A stretch of DNA of 64,000 nt from the human T2T-CHM13v2.0 reference genome, Homo sapiens: the NCBI RefSeq assembly GCF_009914755.1, contig NC_060941.1; one strand, given 5' to 3'. The position numbers were made by a program, and so were the translations under genes. Numbering within the stretch: the stretch's first letter is position 1; each line of letters opens with the position of its first letter. The notes beneath the pieces were generated by a model. That model searched no databases and was not told where the DNA came from. It saw only the letters and a list, made by a program, of their open reading frames with translations. Shown here one piece after another: positions 44,922 through 63,854 of the stretch.

Positions 44922-46011
44922 GGCACCCACTGCACCTGCACAGACAGGGCCGTGGATCCCTTTACAGGTGAGAAGGCTGAGCCAGGGGAGGGAGGTGACT
45001 TGTCCCTGGTCACTCAGAACCAGGCAGGCCACAGACCCAGGTCTCTGAACTCAAGACAGGAGGATCAAGCCCCCAATCCCAAGCCCACCCCACTCCCCAA
45101 CATAACCCCAGTGGCCTGACGATGGGCCCCTGACCAAGGGTAAGCATTGGAAAGCCCAGCCTCGCTCGGGTAGGCCTGGGGACAAAGATGCACATGCACA
45201 CACCCCGCTCAGGCCTCACTGGGAAGTGGATGTGGGGCAGGGAGGAAGTGGGGGCCTTTGGGACACATGGGAGCAAGGTGGGCTTCCAAGACAACACCCA
45301 CCACCAAAAATCACCAACCCAGATGTGCCCAGGCACCAAACCCCAAATGAAGGTCTGACCAGAACGGCAGCTGATGAACACTGCCCAGGGATGCAATCGC
45401 TGATTCAGCTCACGCTGAGCTCAGCCCCAGGGCCCCCGTGCCCTCAGTGAGCTCAGCATCTTATGGAGGACGTGTGTATGCAGACAGCCGCAGAAGAATG
45501 CTTATTCCTGGGACAGGTCAACGCCTCAGAGCCTGTGGGAATCCGGGGGTGCCCTAACCAGAACAGAGTGTCAGGGAAATCTCCCTGGAGGAGGTGGCCC
45601 TGGCATGAAGTTTTGAGAGACAAGGAAGCATTAACTGCCACAGTGAGACACCACTTGATGGTCACTACCAACAAATGGGAAATATGTGTTGAAGAGATGT
45701 GGGGACCTAGAACCCCCGTGCGCTGCTGGTGGATGTGTAAAATAGCAGCCACTATGGAAGATAGTGTGTTGATCCCTCAAAAAGCTAAACATAGGCTGAC
45801 CACATGACCCAGCAATCCCACTCCTAGGTGTATACTCAGGAGAATGGACACATCCACGTGAAGACTTGTACATGAGTGTCCATAGCAGTATTATTCCTAA
45901 CAGCCAAAGATGGAAACGACCCAGGTGTCTATCAACGGATGAACAGGCAGATAGAATGTGGTATGTCCATACAGTGGAATATTATTGAGCCTTGAAAAGG
46001 AATAAAGTTCA

Positions 46012-46326
<315 letters not shown>

Positions 46327-46351
46327 AGTTTTTTAAAAAAGGAACAAGGTT

Positions 46352-46652
<301 letters not shown>

Positions 46653-46990
46653 GGAATGATGTCCTGATCCATGCTACAACATGGATGAATCTCAAAAACA
46701 TTTGCCTAAGCAAAAGCAGCAGACACAACAGCACATATGAGTCCATTCATATGGAATGTCCAGGATGGGCAAACCCACAAAGACAGAGAGCACATGCATG
46801 GTTGCCAGGGGCTGGGCAGGGGAAATGGGGAGGTTCAGGTTTCCTTCTGGGGTGATGAAAAGGTTCTGGAACTAGATAGTGGCAGTTGCACAACATCGTG
46901 AATATCCCCCAAACTACTGAATTGTACTCTAAAATGGCTACAATGGTGAATTTTATGTGAATTTTACCTCAATTAAAAATTTCAGAAAGA

Positions 46991-47276
46991 GGCCGGGTGC
47001 AGTGGTTCACGCCTGTAATCCCAGCACTTTGGGAGGTCAAGGCAGGCAGGTCACCTGAGGTCAGGAGTTCGAGAGCAGCATGGTCAACATGGTGAAACTG
47101 CGCCTCTACTTAAAAAAAAAAAATACAAAACTTAGCGGGACGTGGTGGCACGTGCCTGTAATCCTAGCTACTCGGGAGGCTGAGACAGGAGAACTCTTGA
47201 ACCTGATGGAGGTTGCAGTGAGCCGAGATCGTGCCATTGCACTGTCCAGCCTGGGCGACAGAGCGAGACTCCGTCT

Positions 47277-47309
<33 letters not shown>

Positions 47310-47321
47310 AAGAAAGAAAAA
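46991..47321 (+). mobile_element. AluS
   Basis: Full Alu with long A tail. Confidence 0.92.
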
Positions 47322-47580
47322 CAATTCATCGGCAAAGAAGGGAGAAGAGAGTCCCAGGCAAGGGAAAGGGCCGGCACAGAAGCCAGCAGCGCGGGATGGC
47401 TTCTGGGAGCTGCAGACTGCCCAGAGCACTGGCAAGAGAGAAGGCTGGACACGGCCCTGAGTGCCAGGAAAGGGATTTAGAATTTCCTCTGCGCCAACAG
47501 GCAGCCCACGGTGGCTCTTCAGCAGGGAAATGGAGTGGTCAGATTTGCACACTGGGAAGGCTTCTAGGGCTTCGAAGGAG

Positions 47581-47802
47581 AAGGGGGATGTGCGGGGAGG
47601 GAATTGGAGGTGGGTTCAGGGGCTGAGAGGGGGAAGGGTGATGTGGGGGTAGGGATAATTGGAGGTGGGTTCGGGGACTGTGAGGGGGAAGGGGATGTGA
47701 GGGTGGGGATTGGAGGTGGGTTCGGGGACTGTGAGGGGGAAGGGGATGTGCAGGGGAGGGGATTTGAGGTGGGTTCGGGGCTGCAGGGGGAAGGGATGGG
47801 GC
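47581..47802 (+). repeat. G-rich minisatellite, unit about 50 bp, about 4 copies
   Basis: Repeated 'aaggggatgtg..ggg..ggattggaggtgggttcggggactgtgaggggg'. Confidence 0.88.
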
Positions 47803-48164
47803 CAAGGAGTTAGGAAGGGGAAGTGAGGAGAAGTGAGGCACTAGGAAACCCAAGATTGAAGAGAGGGGACGTGGGAGGTGAGGGAGAGAAAGGAGGGAGA
47901 CAGGTTAGTGGCTCAATACTGGGGCTCACCAGGGTGGAAAGCCCTAGGGCAGGAGCGCTCTGGGAAGAAGATGAAGAATAGGTCCAGAATATGAGTCGGA
48001 GGTGCCTGAGAGACATCCAGGTAGGGACAGGAGGGTCAGCCTAAGGGGAGGGTCTGGGCTGGTGACAGGACCCTGGGCTCAAATCTGAGGGCTTGGAGAG
48101 TACAGGTGCCAGATGATTGAGATCTCCCAGAACGACAGATCTGAAACCTTGTGACACCAACAGC

Positions 48165-48400
48165 GGTGGTTTCATGGGCTCTGAAGCCAGTGGCCTGGGC
48201 TCGAATCCGAGCACTGCCATTTACAAGCTGCATGATGTTGGGCGAATTACTGAATCTCTCTGAGTCTCCTTCCCCTGTTTCTAAAGTGGAAGGAATCCAT
48301 TCCTATCTCACAGAGTTGCTGGGAAGATTCAGTTAGTTAATATTTGCCCAGGGCTTAGGTCAGTGCCTGGTGACTGCTTAGCAAATGTTAGCTACTATTT
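48165..48400 (+). mobile_element. MIR
   Basis: 'ctgggctcgaatcc...ttgggcgaattactgaatctctctgag...gcaaatgttagctact'. Confidence 0.75.
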
Positions 48401-48416
48401 AGTAGCTAACTAATGA

Positions 48417-48836
<420 letters not shown>

Positions 48837-49228
48837 TAACAGGCATCCCCCAACCTACCCTATGTCATTGTGAGGCAGGTGGTCACTGGACCTCACAGCC
48901 TTAGTGGAGTGGAAGGAGTAGACTACAGGGTTCCAAGCTGCCCAAATTTTGAGGGACAGGCTGAGAAGCCCAGGACACAGGACAACGCAGAGATGTGGGA
49001 GGAAAACTGGTGAGAAAGGAGACCCAACAAATGACAGAGGGTGGGCTCTCGGGAGAAGTGGGGGAGCCACGGGGTCGCATGCTGCTGAAAGACCCAGCTA
49101 GAGAGGACAGAGGAGCCTCTCTCCGGGGAAATTGACAATAAGAAGGTGGCTGGTGACTCTGGGAGGAGCTATTTCTGAGAAGTGGTGGAACCAGGGCCAG
49201 AGAGCCATGGCTTCAGGACTATGTGGGG

Positions 49229-49610
49229 TGCTACGGACTGCACTGTGTCTCCCCAAACCCCCATGTTGAAGTCCTAACCCCCGGTACCTCCGAATGTGGC
49301 TGTATGTGGAGATAGGGCCTCTGAAGAGGGGATTAAGGTAAAATGAGGTCACACAGATGGCCTTAATCCAGTACGGCTGACACCCTAATAAGAAGCAGGA
49401 ATTTGGACAGACACATAGAAAGGGAATACTATGTAAAGACACACAGAGAAGACACCGTCTACAATCCAAGGAGAGAGGCCTCAGAAGGCATCAACCGTGC
49501 TGACACTGCGGTCTCACATTTCCAGCCTCCAGAATTGTGAGAAAATTAGCTTCTGTTGTTGGAGCGCCCAGTCTTTGGTGCTCTGCTACAGCAGCCCGAC
49601 AGACTCACGA
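49229..49610 (+). mobile_element. MLT1A/B LTR
   Basis: 'tgctacggactg..tgtgtctcccca...atgttgaagtcctaacccc...ggagatagggcct...ccagcctccagaattgtgagaaa'. Confidence 0.85.
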
Positions 49611-49735
49611 GTAAGGCAGTGAGTCAGCAATGCTCTGACAGAGTCCAGATGCCACCCAAAATCTGGGCGAAGCCCCTGACAAGAAAGACCAAAGTCAACA
49701 AACAGAAAAAAGCAACTTGGTGAACTTTGATTATC

Positions 49736-50065
<330 letters not shown>

Positions 50066-50098
50066 TAATATATCTTACAGCAGAATTGTAAACGTTCA

Positions 50099-50456
<358 letters not shown>

Positions 50457-50741
50457 CTTCAAAAATGAGTGACAATCTCATCAATATCCTCAGCGAGATA
50501 AGAGAATTGCAACCACAAAACAAGAACAGGATGTAAGAAAAAAGGAATATTCAGAGAACAGAAAAGAGCCCATGAAAATTATCTACATATTATTAATATA
50601 TTATTAATATTATCTAAATTATGTTATTTATATATCATATTTATGGACAATATATGAGTGGATATGTAATATATATTTACACTTACACACATACATATAG
50701 AAATTAAAACCTCAACATAAGGATTAGAAGATAAAATTGAA

Positions 50742-51040
50742 GGCTGGGTGAGGTGGCTCACACCTGTAATCCCAGCACTTTGGGAGGCCAAGGTGGGTGG
50801 ATCACAAGGTCAGGAGTTCAAGACCAGCCTGGCCAACATGGTGAAACCCTGTCTCTACTAAAGATACAAAAAATTATCAGGTGTGGTGGCACATGCCTGT
50901 AATCCTAGCTTCTGAGGCTGAGGCAGGAGAATTGCTTGAACCTGGGAGGCAGAGGTTGCAGTGAGCTGAGATTGCACCATTGCTCTTCAGCCTGGGCCAC
51001 AGGGTGAGACTCCATCTCAAAAAAAAAAAAAGAAGAAGAA
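50742..51040 (+). mobile_element. AluSg
   Basis: TSD agaagataaaattgaag. Confidence 0.94.
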
Positions 51041-51181
51041 GATAAAATTGAAGAAATGACATGGAAAATAAAAAAGATAAGGAAATGTCACAGATCCAGA
51101 CAGAAGGATCTGAGTTATAGGAGAATATCTGAGTTATAGGAGTTCCAGAAAGTGAGAACACAGAAAATGGAGCGGAAGTGG

Positions 51182-51510
<329 letters not shown>

Positions 51511-51800
51511 TTATATAATCCAAGAAAATGTCTCAGAACTGAAGGACAAGACTTTACAGGTTGAAAGGGCTTACCAGGAAGCCAGAATAATGGATGAAAA
51601 CAGATTCCTATCAAAGCATATCATTGTGAAGATCAGCAACAAAGAGAAGGTTCTACAAGTTCCCAAAAATGGAAAATATAAAAGGGCAGGTATGTGGGAA
51701 AGATCTTATACAAAGGAATGGGAATCAGACTGACTTCGTACTTCTCAGCAGCAACACTGGAAGCTAGAGAATGATGGAACTGTGCCCTTGAAATAAACTA

Positions 51801-52558
<758 letters not shown>

Positions 52559-53072
52559 TCAATAAATCTACTTCCCTTCCTTTCTTCCCTATTCTCTTTC
52601 TCATTTTGGTAGAGCACATCTTCCACCCTTCTCAAGAAAGGGAAATCCCAGGACAAAAAAAGCAGGAAATCCACCTCTGGAGAGAGACAAGAAGTGATCC
52701 GAAGGTGTTGCTTGAAGGAATAGCCGAATGATCTAATCTGTGCCCTGGGCAGAAAGGGCAGTCAAACCAGATTGGAGCTGGGCAGAAGGTCCCTCAAGTG
52801 ATTTCATCAAGATGAAATTTATAGAACACACAATATGTAAAAAAGATGTGAGAGTAGATTCAAACTACTGGCAGAAGGCTTGGGTTTGAATTTGGGACAA
52901 GTACAACCAAACCAAACCAAACCAAACCAAACGCAATCACTTCTAGCTCCAGGGAGGACACAGAGTAGTGCAGGAAAGGACATTTCCTCTCTGTACCCTG
53001 TGTGGCTCAGCTGCCAGGGGCATTTACTTGGGCATGATAAATTGCACACTGGATATTGGTTGTGTTGGTTCA

Positions 53073-53645
<573 letters not shown>

Positions 53646-54714
53646 TTGGTGTATTTCTCCACATGTGTTGCTATAAAGGAATACCTGAGGCTGGGTAATT
53701 CATGAAGAAAAGAGGCTTATTTGGCTTCTGGTCCTGCAGACTGTACAAAAACATAATACTGGCATCTTCTTCCAGTGAGGGCCTCAAGAAGTTTCCACTC
53801 ATGGTGGAAGGCAAAATGGGAGAAGACATATCACATGGCAAGAGAGGAAGCAAGAGAGAGAGGTGGAGGTGCCAGGCTCTTTAAAACAACCGGGTTGGCT
53901 GAGCACAGTGGCTCATCCCTGTAATCTCAACACTTTGGGAGGCTGAGTTATTTACTTCCAAGATACAATGGTGGTACAGGGATTGGGTAAACATTCCCAT
54001 TCCAAAAGAGAGAAATTGGTCAAAAAAAGGGGCAACAGGCCCCATGAAAGTCTGAAACCCAGCAGGGCAGATGTTAAATTTTAAAGCTCCAACATAATGC
54101 TTGAGTCTATGTCCGGCATGCAGAGCACACTGGCACAAGGGGTGGGGCTTCCAAGGCCCTGGGCAGTTCCACCCCCGTGTATTTGCAAGATGCGGCTCCC
54201 ATGGCTGCTCTCATGGGCTGGAGTTGAGAGCCTGTGGATTTTCCAGGCTCAGGATGCAAGCTGCTGGTGAGCCTACCATTTTCAGGTCTGGAGGGCAATG
54301 ACCCTTCCCCACAGCTCCACTAGCCAATGCCCTGGTGAGGACTGTATGGGGCCTCCATCCCCACATTTCCCCTCCACACTGCCCCACAGAGGTTCTCTGC
54401 AAGGGCTCCACATCTGTGGCAGGCTTCTTTCTGGGTACCCAGGCTTTATGATACATCTTCTGAAATCCAGGCGGAGCTGCCAAACCTCCTTCACTCTTGC
54501 ACTCTGTGCACCTGAAGGCTTAACACCACATGGAAGCTGCCAAGGCTTATGGCTTACACCCTCTGGAGCAGCAGTCAGAGCTATACCCAGAGCCCTTTGA
54601 ACTGACGCTGGAGCTGGAGCAGCTGGGGTGTGGGGAGCAGTGTCCCAAGGCTGCACAGGGAAACGGGGCCCTGGGCCTGGCTCCCAAAACCAGTCTTTCC
54701 TCCTAGGCCTCTGA

Positions 54715-55062
<348 letters not shown>

Positions 55063-55169
55063 TGAAATGCCTTTGAGACCATTTTCTCATAGTCTTGCCT
55101 ATTAGCACCTGGCTCTCTTTTAGTCAAGCTAATTTCTCTAGAAAGGGCTTGCTCCACAGCCAGTTAGTA

Positions 55170-56000
<831 letters not shown>

Positions 56001-56105
56001 TGTTTATAGCAACACTTCACTCCTTGGTACCAATTCTGTATTAGTCCATTTCTGTTGCTATAAAGGAATATCTGAGGCTGGGTAATTTATAAAGAAACAA
56101 GGTTT

Positions 56106-56382
<277 letters not shown>

Positions 56383-56448
56383 GAAAGAGAGAAAGAGAGA
56401 GAGAGAGAGAGCGACAAGAGCGAAACACAGAAAGAGAGAGAAAGAGAG

Positions 56449-56507
<59 letters not shown>

Positions 56508-56582
56508 GAAAGAAAGGGAGGGAGAGAGAAAGGAAAGAAAGAAAGAGGGAGGGAGGGAGGGAGAGAAGGGAGGGGAGGGAGG
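56383..56582 (+). repeat. (GA)n/(GAAA)n/(GGGA)n compound microsatellite
   Basis: About 14 perfect GAAA units near 56450-56505. Confidence 0.93.
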
Positions 56583-56844
56583 TTTATTTGGCTCACGGCT
56601 CTGCAGGCTGGTCAGAAAGCACAGGGCTTGCATCTGCTTCTGGTGAGGGCCTCAAGAAGCCTCTGATCATGGTGGGAAGTGAAGAGAGAGCAGGTGTGTC
56701 ACATGGTGAGAGGGAGCAGGAGAGAAAGCAAAGGAGGTGCCAAATCTCGTGTGAATTCATTGCTGTAGGGAGGGACCAAGCCATTCATGAGCGATCCACC
56801 CCCCATGACCCCAACACCTCCCACCAGCCCCCACCTCATATACT

Positions 56845-56898
56845 CATATATATATATGCACACACACACACACACACGTGTGTGTGTGTGTGTGTGTA
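56845..56898. repeat. (TA)n(CA)n(TG)n microsatellite containing a palindrome
   Basis: Alternating purine-pyrimidine run. Confidence 0.9.
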
Positions 56899-56911
56899 AA
56901 ATAGGTATATA

Positions 56912-57216
56912 GGCTGGGCGTGGTGGCTCACGCCTGTAATCCCAGCACTTTGGGAGGCCGAGGCGGGCGGATCACGAGGTCAGGAGATCGAGACCATCCT
57001 GGCTAACACAGTGAAACCCCGTCTCTACTAAAAATACAAAAAATTAGCCAGGCGTGGTGCCAGGTGCCTGTAGTCCCAGCTACTCAGGAGGCTGAGGCAG
57101 GAGAATGGCGTGAACCTGGGAGGCGGAGCTTGCAGTGAGCAGAGATCACGCCACTGCACTCCAGCCTGGGCCACAGAGCAAGACTCCGTCTCAAAATAAA
57201 ATAAAATAAAATAAAA
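56912..57216 (+). mobile_element. AluY
   Basis: Near-consensus Y; TSD aaaataggtatata. Confidence 0.95.
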
Positions 57217-57217
57217 T

Positions 57218-57658
<441 letters not shown>

Positions 57659-57736
57659 CCCATATCTAATATTGGGGATCACATTTCAACATGAAATGTG
57701 GAGGGGACAAACATCAAAACTTTCTCACTCGGCCAG

Positions 57737-57989
57737 TGTATTCATTTTCAGTGGCTGCTGTAACAAAGCAATACAAACAAGGTGGCTTACAACAAATTTA
57801 TTCTCTTGAAGTTCTGGAGCTGGAGGTCCAAAATCAGGGTATCTGAAAGGGCTGCATTCCCTCCAGAGGCTCTAGGGAAGGATCTTTTCCTGCCTCCCAG
57901 CATTCCTTGGCTTGTGGCTGCATCACTTCAATCTCTGCCTTAGTCTTCACATGGGAAGATGTGTGTCTCTGTGTCCTCCCCTGTTTTTT

Positions 57990-58021
<32 letters not shown>

Positions 58022-58295
58022 AGACAGGGTCTTGCTCTGTCATCCAAGCTGGAGTGCAGTGCTGTATCCAAGCTGGAGTGCAGTGGTGCGATGATAGATC
58101 AGCCTTGAACTCCTGGCCTCAAGTGATCCTCCTTCCTCAGTGGTCTCCCAAAGCACTAAGATTACAAGCTAAATCCAGAATGATTTCACCTTGAGATCTG
58201 TAACTAATTATATCTACAGAGACCCTGTTTCTAAGTAAGGTCGAATCCTAACAGTCAGGTTGGACATGAATTTTGACACTATTCAACCCATTACA
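57737..58295 (-). mobile_element. MLT1C-type LTR with a truncated Alu (57984-58168)
   Basis: 'ggctgctgtaacaaa...aaatttattctc..agttctggag.tggaggtccaaaatcagggt...cattccttggcttgtggc'. Confidence 0.82.
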
Positions 58296-58549
58296 TCCAG
58301 GGTCACACTGTAATCTACCCCCTCCCTCTCTCATCTCATCCCCAGCCTTTTCCACCTGGCCAGTGCCAACCTCTGGCCTCTGCTCTTTCCTTGGGGCACC
58401 CTCTTCCTTTCAACCCTCTACCCAGTCTGAGCCTGCTCACCCCTCCTGGTATCCTTCCCATGTCTCATGCTCTGCCTCTTCTCATTTGCAGTGGTGACCC
58501 CCCCTCAATTCCCACTGCCCCCCTGCATTGACCAAAGTCAAGTGGCCTA

Positions 58550-58790
58550 CAGCCCCTGTCCCTACCTCCTTTTCATATGCTTTCCTGAATAGTGAGTCTG
58601 GAAACCTGAAATCATAGTCCCAGACTCCCTTGCAGCTCGGTTCTAGATGTGAACTTGGCTCTGACCATTAGATTCACTGACATGTGTGACCAGAATGCTT
58701 TCTGGTGGGAAAGTGTGGGAGAAGCTCCTCCCTGCTGCAAAGGCACGTGTCCCTACAGCAGTGTCACTGGCTCCAGCTGCAGCTTTGTGA
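58550..58790 (+). mobile_element. LTR33-like ERVL fragment
   Basis: 'tcccagactcccttgcagct.ggttctagatgtga'. Confidence 0.5.
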
Positions 58791-58794
58791 GTGG

Positions 58795-59067
58795 TGAGAG
58801 GGTCTCACTCTGTTGCCCAGGCTGGCATGATCTCGGCTCACTGCAACCTCCGCCTCCCAGGTTCAAGCAATTCTCCTGCTTCAGCTTCCTGAGTAGCTAG
58901 GACTACAGACACCTGCCACCATGCTCTGCTAATTTTTGTATTTTTTGGTAGAGATGGGGTATCACCATGTTGGCCAGGCTGGTCTTGAACTCCTGACCTC
59001 AAGTGATCTGCCCATCTCGGCCTCCCAAAGTGCTGGGATTATAGGCATTGAGCCTCTGTGCCTGGCC
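58795..59067 (-). mobile_element. AluS lacking its tail
   Basis: Reverse-complement Alu with no polyT. Confidence 0.9.
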
Positions 59068-59075
59068 AGCTTTTA

Positions 59076-59398
<323 letters not shown>

Positions 59399-59399
59399 G

Positions 59400-61460
59400 G
59401 TCGCACAATGTCTTTTTAGATACGACACCAAAGGGACAATCTGTGAAAGAAAGAATTAGTAAGTTGGACCTCATTAAAATAAAGAACTTCTGCTCTGCTC
59501 TACAAAAGGCTGTCAAGAGAATGAAAAGCCAAGCCAGAGACTGGGTGAAAATATTTGCCACAGACATATCTGATAAAGGGCTGTTATCCAAAATTTATGA
59601 AGAACTCTTAAAACTCAACAGTAAGAAAATGAACAATCCAGTTAAAAAATAGGGATGGATGTGGTGGCATACTGCTGTAGTCCCAGATACTAAGGAGGGT
59701 AGGGCAGGAGGATTGCTTGATCCCAGGAGTTCAAGTTCAGCCTGGGCAGCATAGCAAGACCCCATCTCTAAAAAACAAAAGATCTAAACAGACACCTCAC
59801 CCAAGATACACAGAAAGCAAAAAGGCATATGAAAAGAGGCTCAACATCATACATCATCAGGTTAATGCAAATTAACACAACAGTGAGAGCCTCTACACAC
59901 CTATCAGAATGGCCAAGATCCAGAATGCTGACAACATCAAATGCTGGTGAGGATGTGGAGCCACAGGAACTCTCACTCATGCTGGTGGGAATGCAAAATG
60001 ATACAGCCACTTTGGAAGACAGTCTGGCAGTGTTATGGACTGAATGTTTTTGTTCTCTCAAATTTCGTATGCTGAAGCCCCAGCCCACTTTGTGACTGTA
60101 TTTATTTGGAGACAGGGCCTTTATGGAGGTGATTAAGGCTAAATGAGATCATAGGGATGGGGCCCCAATCCAATAGGATGAGTGTCTTTATAAGAAGAGA
60201 CATGAGAGCAAGCTCTGAGCTGGCTGCCTCTCTCTCTTCCCCACCCCACCTTGTGAGGACAAAGCGAGAAGGCAGCCATCTCTGAGCCCAGAGAAGAGCT
60301 GCGGGATTAAACCTACCTTGCCCACACTTTGATCTTGGACTTCCAGCCTCCGGAACTGTGAGAAATAAATTTCTGTTGTTTAAGCCACAAAGCCTGTGGT
60401 ATTTTGTTATGGCAGCCTGAGTTAAGACACGCAATTTTCTTACAAATGAAACAGATTCTTACCATGTGATCCAACAGTCATGCCTCTTGGTATTTACCCA
60501 AATAAGTTGAAAACATATATCCACAAAAAACCCAGCACACAGATGTTTATAGCAGCTTTTTTCATAGTTGCCAAAATTTAGAAGCAACCAAGATGTCCTT
60601 CAGTAGGTGGATGGATAAATAAACCGTGGCACACCCAGACAATGAAATATTATTCAGCGCTAAAAAGAAATGAGCTAGTAAGCCACGAAAAGACATGGAG
60701 GAATATTAAATGAATTTTACTAAGTAAAAGAAGCCAATCTGAAAAGGCCACATACTGTGTGATTCTAAATATGTTACATTCTGGAAAAGGCAAAACTATG
60801 GAGACAGTAAAAAGGTCAGGGTTTGTGGCCAGGGCACAGTGGCTCACGCCTGTAATCCCAAAACTTTGGGAGGCCGAGGTGAGCAGATCACGAGGTCACA
60901 AGTTCAAGATCAGCCTGACCAATATGGTGAAACTCCATACTACTAAAAATACAAAAATTAGCCGGGCGTGGTGGTGCATACCTGTAGTCCCAGCTACTCG
61001 GGAGGCTGAGGCAGGAGAATTACTTGAACCTGGAAGGTGGAGGTTTCAGTGAGCCGAGATTGTGCCGCTGCACTCCAGCCTGGGAGACAGAGCAAGACTC
61101 TGTCTCAAAAAAAAAAAAAAAAAAAAAAAAAGTCAGGGTTTATGGGGAAGATGAATAGGCAGAGCACAGAGAAATTGCAAGGCCGTGGAACAAGTCAGTA
61201 TGACCCATGGCATTATAACTACAGATGAACAACACCAAGAGGGACCCTAACCTAAGCCACGGACTTCCAGTGATAATGATGTGTCGATGTAGGTTCAGGA
61301 CTGGAACAAATGTACCATCTGGCGGGGGGTGCTGACAATGGGGGTGGGGAGCTGTGCACATGTGGGGGCAGCAAGGACATGGGAAATCTCTGCAACTTCC
61401 ACTCAGTTTGGCTGTGAATCTAAAACTGCTCCAACAAGAAAGAAAGTCTATTAAAAAAAA
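59400..61460 (+). mobile_element. L1MC/MD ORF2 3' end and 3' UTR, split by FLAM (59652-59775), MLT1A and AluS (60827-61131)
   Basis: 'KERISKLDLIKIKNFCSA...KIFATDISDKGLLSKIYEELLKLN' is L1 ORF2 C-terminal; ends 'gctgtgaatctaaaactgctc'. Confidence 0.9.
60031..60429 (+). mobile_element. MLT1A-type LTR
   Basis: 'tgttatggactgaatgt...ggagacagggccttta.ggaggtgattaagg...ttgttatggcagcctgag..aagaca'. Confidence 0.87.
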
Positions 61461-61477
61461 TACATACATACATAAAG

Positions 61478-61790
61478 AGCAAAAGTTGATTTCTTGCTCA
61501 TGCTACGTCTGACCAGGGAGCAGGAAGACACTACATGGTGCAGCCAGTCTGGGTCCAGGCTGACTGAGATTCTGTTTTGATGGGGTCTCACCAGCTCAGG
61601 GAAAGGAAAGTGAAGAATTGCACACCAACTCCGGAAGCTGCTTCCGGGAAGTGACATCCTCATTTCTGCTCACATTTCATTGGCCAAAGCAAGTTACAGA
61701 CAGCCTTGACCTTGAAGCGCGTGAAGAAGCGCACTTCACCTTGGCTGGTGCCAGGAAGGAGAACTGGGGTGCTCATGCCCTCCATGGACC
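61478..61790 (-). mobile_element. MLT1J-type LTR fragment
   Basis: 'atttcttgctcatgctac', 'ggaagtgaca...tctgctcacatttcattggccaaagcaagt'. Confidence 0.65.
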
Positions 61791-62020
61791 ACCACATTCT
61801 GCTAAAAACACTCAGCATGGTGTGCACCGAGCCCTGCCTCACACACATGCGCACGTGCACACACACACACACACACACACGAGCATACGCACACACCCCT
61901 CCTGGTCAAGCCCCTGACGCTTTTGCCTGGTCTTTCCTCAGCAGCTGAGAACAAGGGCCCTCAGTTTTGGATGCGAAGCATTTCCAGATCGGTTGATCAA
62001 ATATTTACTGAGAAATTACC

Positions 62021-62438
<418 letters not shown>

Positions 62439-62509
62439 TCACGAGCTCTCCGGGAAGTGGGAGGGTCACTCAGCCCCAAGCTTTGTGAGATGTTGGGTGT
62501 TGGTGTGTG

Positions 62510-63205
<696 letters not shown>

Positions 63206-63279
63206 GTGCACTTGCCTTGGAATCCACAAACTGCAAATGGCAGTGGCCTTGCCCATCCCACCCACACCGCTGCAGTGCG

Positions 63280-63640
63280 CGGCCTGCTCGTTGGGCCACA
63301 GATACATGAACCTCCACCTGCCTCAGGGCCTCTGCACTTACTGTTGCGATGCTTGCGATGCTCTTCCCATGACTCTGGCCTCCTTCCTCAGAACCTCTGC
63401 TCATAAGTCACCTCTCTGACCACCCTGTCCTCAGTTTCCACCCCATCACTCTCTGTGCCCTCCTCCTGCTGTTCCTTCTCCCAGCACCCACTGGAGTCTC
63501 TGGTTTTGTTTGCTTGTTTGTGTATTGTCCATCTCCCACCAGACTGGAGACTGGAGACCCTCAGCGGAGGAAGTCTCTGTTCATGGCTGTATCCCCAGGG
63601 CCTGACACAGAGTGGACTCTAAATATGAGTTGAGTGAGCA
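63280..63640 (+). mobile_element. L2 3' end
   Basis: 'cctgcctcagggcct.tgcact', 'tgttcatggctgtatccccagggcctgacacagagt'. Confidence 0.7.
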
Positions 63641-63854
63641 GCTGCTGGTACAGGATCACAGGAGGATTAAATGAAATAGCGAGTGTGAGTGCCCTTTGCA
63701 ACCTGCTGTGCTTATTGAGGGGGAAACAGGCTGAGAAAGGTGCAGTGACCAACCCAGGGCCACCAGGTCAGAGCGATAGACACCCAGGCCTACACCCCTC
63801 CCTGGGCCACCCTCCTGTCCACCCTGCCTCAGGGCCAGCGTTCCTAAGGCACAT

